A DNA stretch of 64,000 nt. Source: Dudresnaya verticillata (Eukaryota). The notes beneath the pieces are model-generated. The model ran no database searches and was not told the origin of the DNA. It worked only from the letters and a program-made list of their open reading frames with translations. Below are positions 62,972 through 64,000 of the stretch, piece by piece (positions within the stretch are counted from its first letter, which is position 1; every line of letters begins with the position of its first letter). Location of the stretch: NCBI GenBank assembly GCA_977862235.1, contig OZ374560.1:310001-374000 (forward strand), given 5' to 3'. The position numbers were made by a program, and so were the translations under genes.

Positions 62972-64000
62972 AGTGCGTGGCGGTGAGGTAGGGTTGAGGT
63001 GGAGGTGATGGCTAAACGCTGTGCTGTGGTGCGACACGAGTCGGTTGGTGGGGAGGTGGCAAGGGCACGACTGGGCCGTGCTGGCTCGCGTGCTGGCAGC
63101 TTTATACTCTCGCACATTCCGAGTCGCGGCAACCGACGAGATTTTCAGTTGCTGCGCGACTCCTCGGAGAGCCGCTCGACGGGCGACACGTGTCTGCGCG
63201 GGGCACCTTTCGCAGCGGGTGGAATTGCGCTTCCCCGTGGCCAATGAGGGCGGCGTTTTTCAGGTTTCAGGTCGGCTCAGGACCGTTTTCAGCACCTGTT
63301 GGGCGGCAGGTCCTGAAAAGCTCACATTGAAGTGCGGCAATTTGTAGTCGCGGTGGAGGGTGCCAACGCAGCATCCCGCCTGATTCTTGACTGAATTGCG
63401 CGAATCCAGGAATTTCAGGTGCGCGCGGATCAACACTTGGACCATCAGAAACCTTTTGGGTGGAGCATGGCATGATCCAGATGAACTCAGACACAAAATC
63501 CCATTCCTGATTCAGAGCATTCAACAATGCGCATAGAATGCAAATGTGTTGAAACCTGCCAGTACCGCAGGTGCATGTGCCACCGGCCGAGAGACCAGTG
63601 CTTGTCCTGAAAACAATCATTTCTACTCGCTTCGTGCTGGAAGGAAGCACTCAAAAGGATAATTCACAGAAATGATCCGCTGAAGTCAGTAGCAGGTAGA
63701 CGATGAAGACCAGCCGTAGCTCATACTTCCCTACACTAATACGGCAGGCAATAGCAACTATGGTGCGGCATCAAAGTCTCTCCCGGGTTGTTGGAAACAA
63801 ACCGAAAGAAATATGTTGACGAATTCATTGCTGTAGGCAATGAATACGGTTCAAGGGCATACTTAGTGACATGATATTTACTTTGGAGTGATTTTGTAAG
63901 CGGATCTGTACCTCTATTCGAGAAAAACAAAAACAGAACTTGCGCCGTTCTTGCAATGAAGATGCACAGCCTTAAGGGAAAATAACACAAGACGCCAAGA

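Noticed and set aside
62972..63244. N-terminal extension of the second Tudor ORF to 379 aa
   Set aside because: It relies on a non-ATG start; the paralogue supports the ATG at 62971

Overview
Eukaryotic, transposon-dense window (about 80% TE-derived). Composition and TE families suggest a florideophyte red alga such as Chondrus or Gracilaria; this is inference. Bases 1-44 kb are nested elements: a Sola-like DDD transposase relic cut by an LTR; an old Gypsy element (8816-22090) holding solo LTRs and a younger Gypsy element (13922-20002, WLDD RT, TG..TA ends, 4-bp TSD); a deleted Copia element; a 364-bp non-autonomous Helitron; and a young 13-kb chromodomain Gypsy element (30643-43635, 916-bp LTRs) inside a solo LTR inside an unidentified repeat. 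The most notable item is in that chromovirus: between pol and the 3' LTR it carries a roughly 830-codon antisense ORF with a Trp/aromatic-rich domain I do not recognise. Bases 44-64 kb hold an orphan ORF, two inverted solo LTRs, a cluster of LINE 3' ends (one interrupted by an RLE-type element), and two paralogous Tudor-domain genes. All calls come from reading the sequence by eye; no database search was run.
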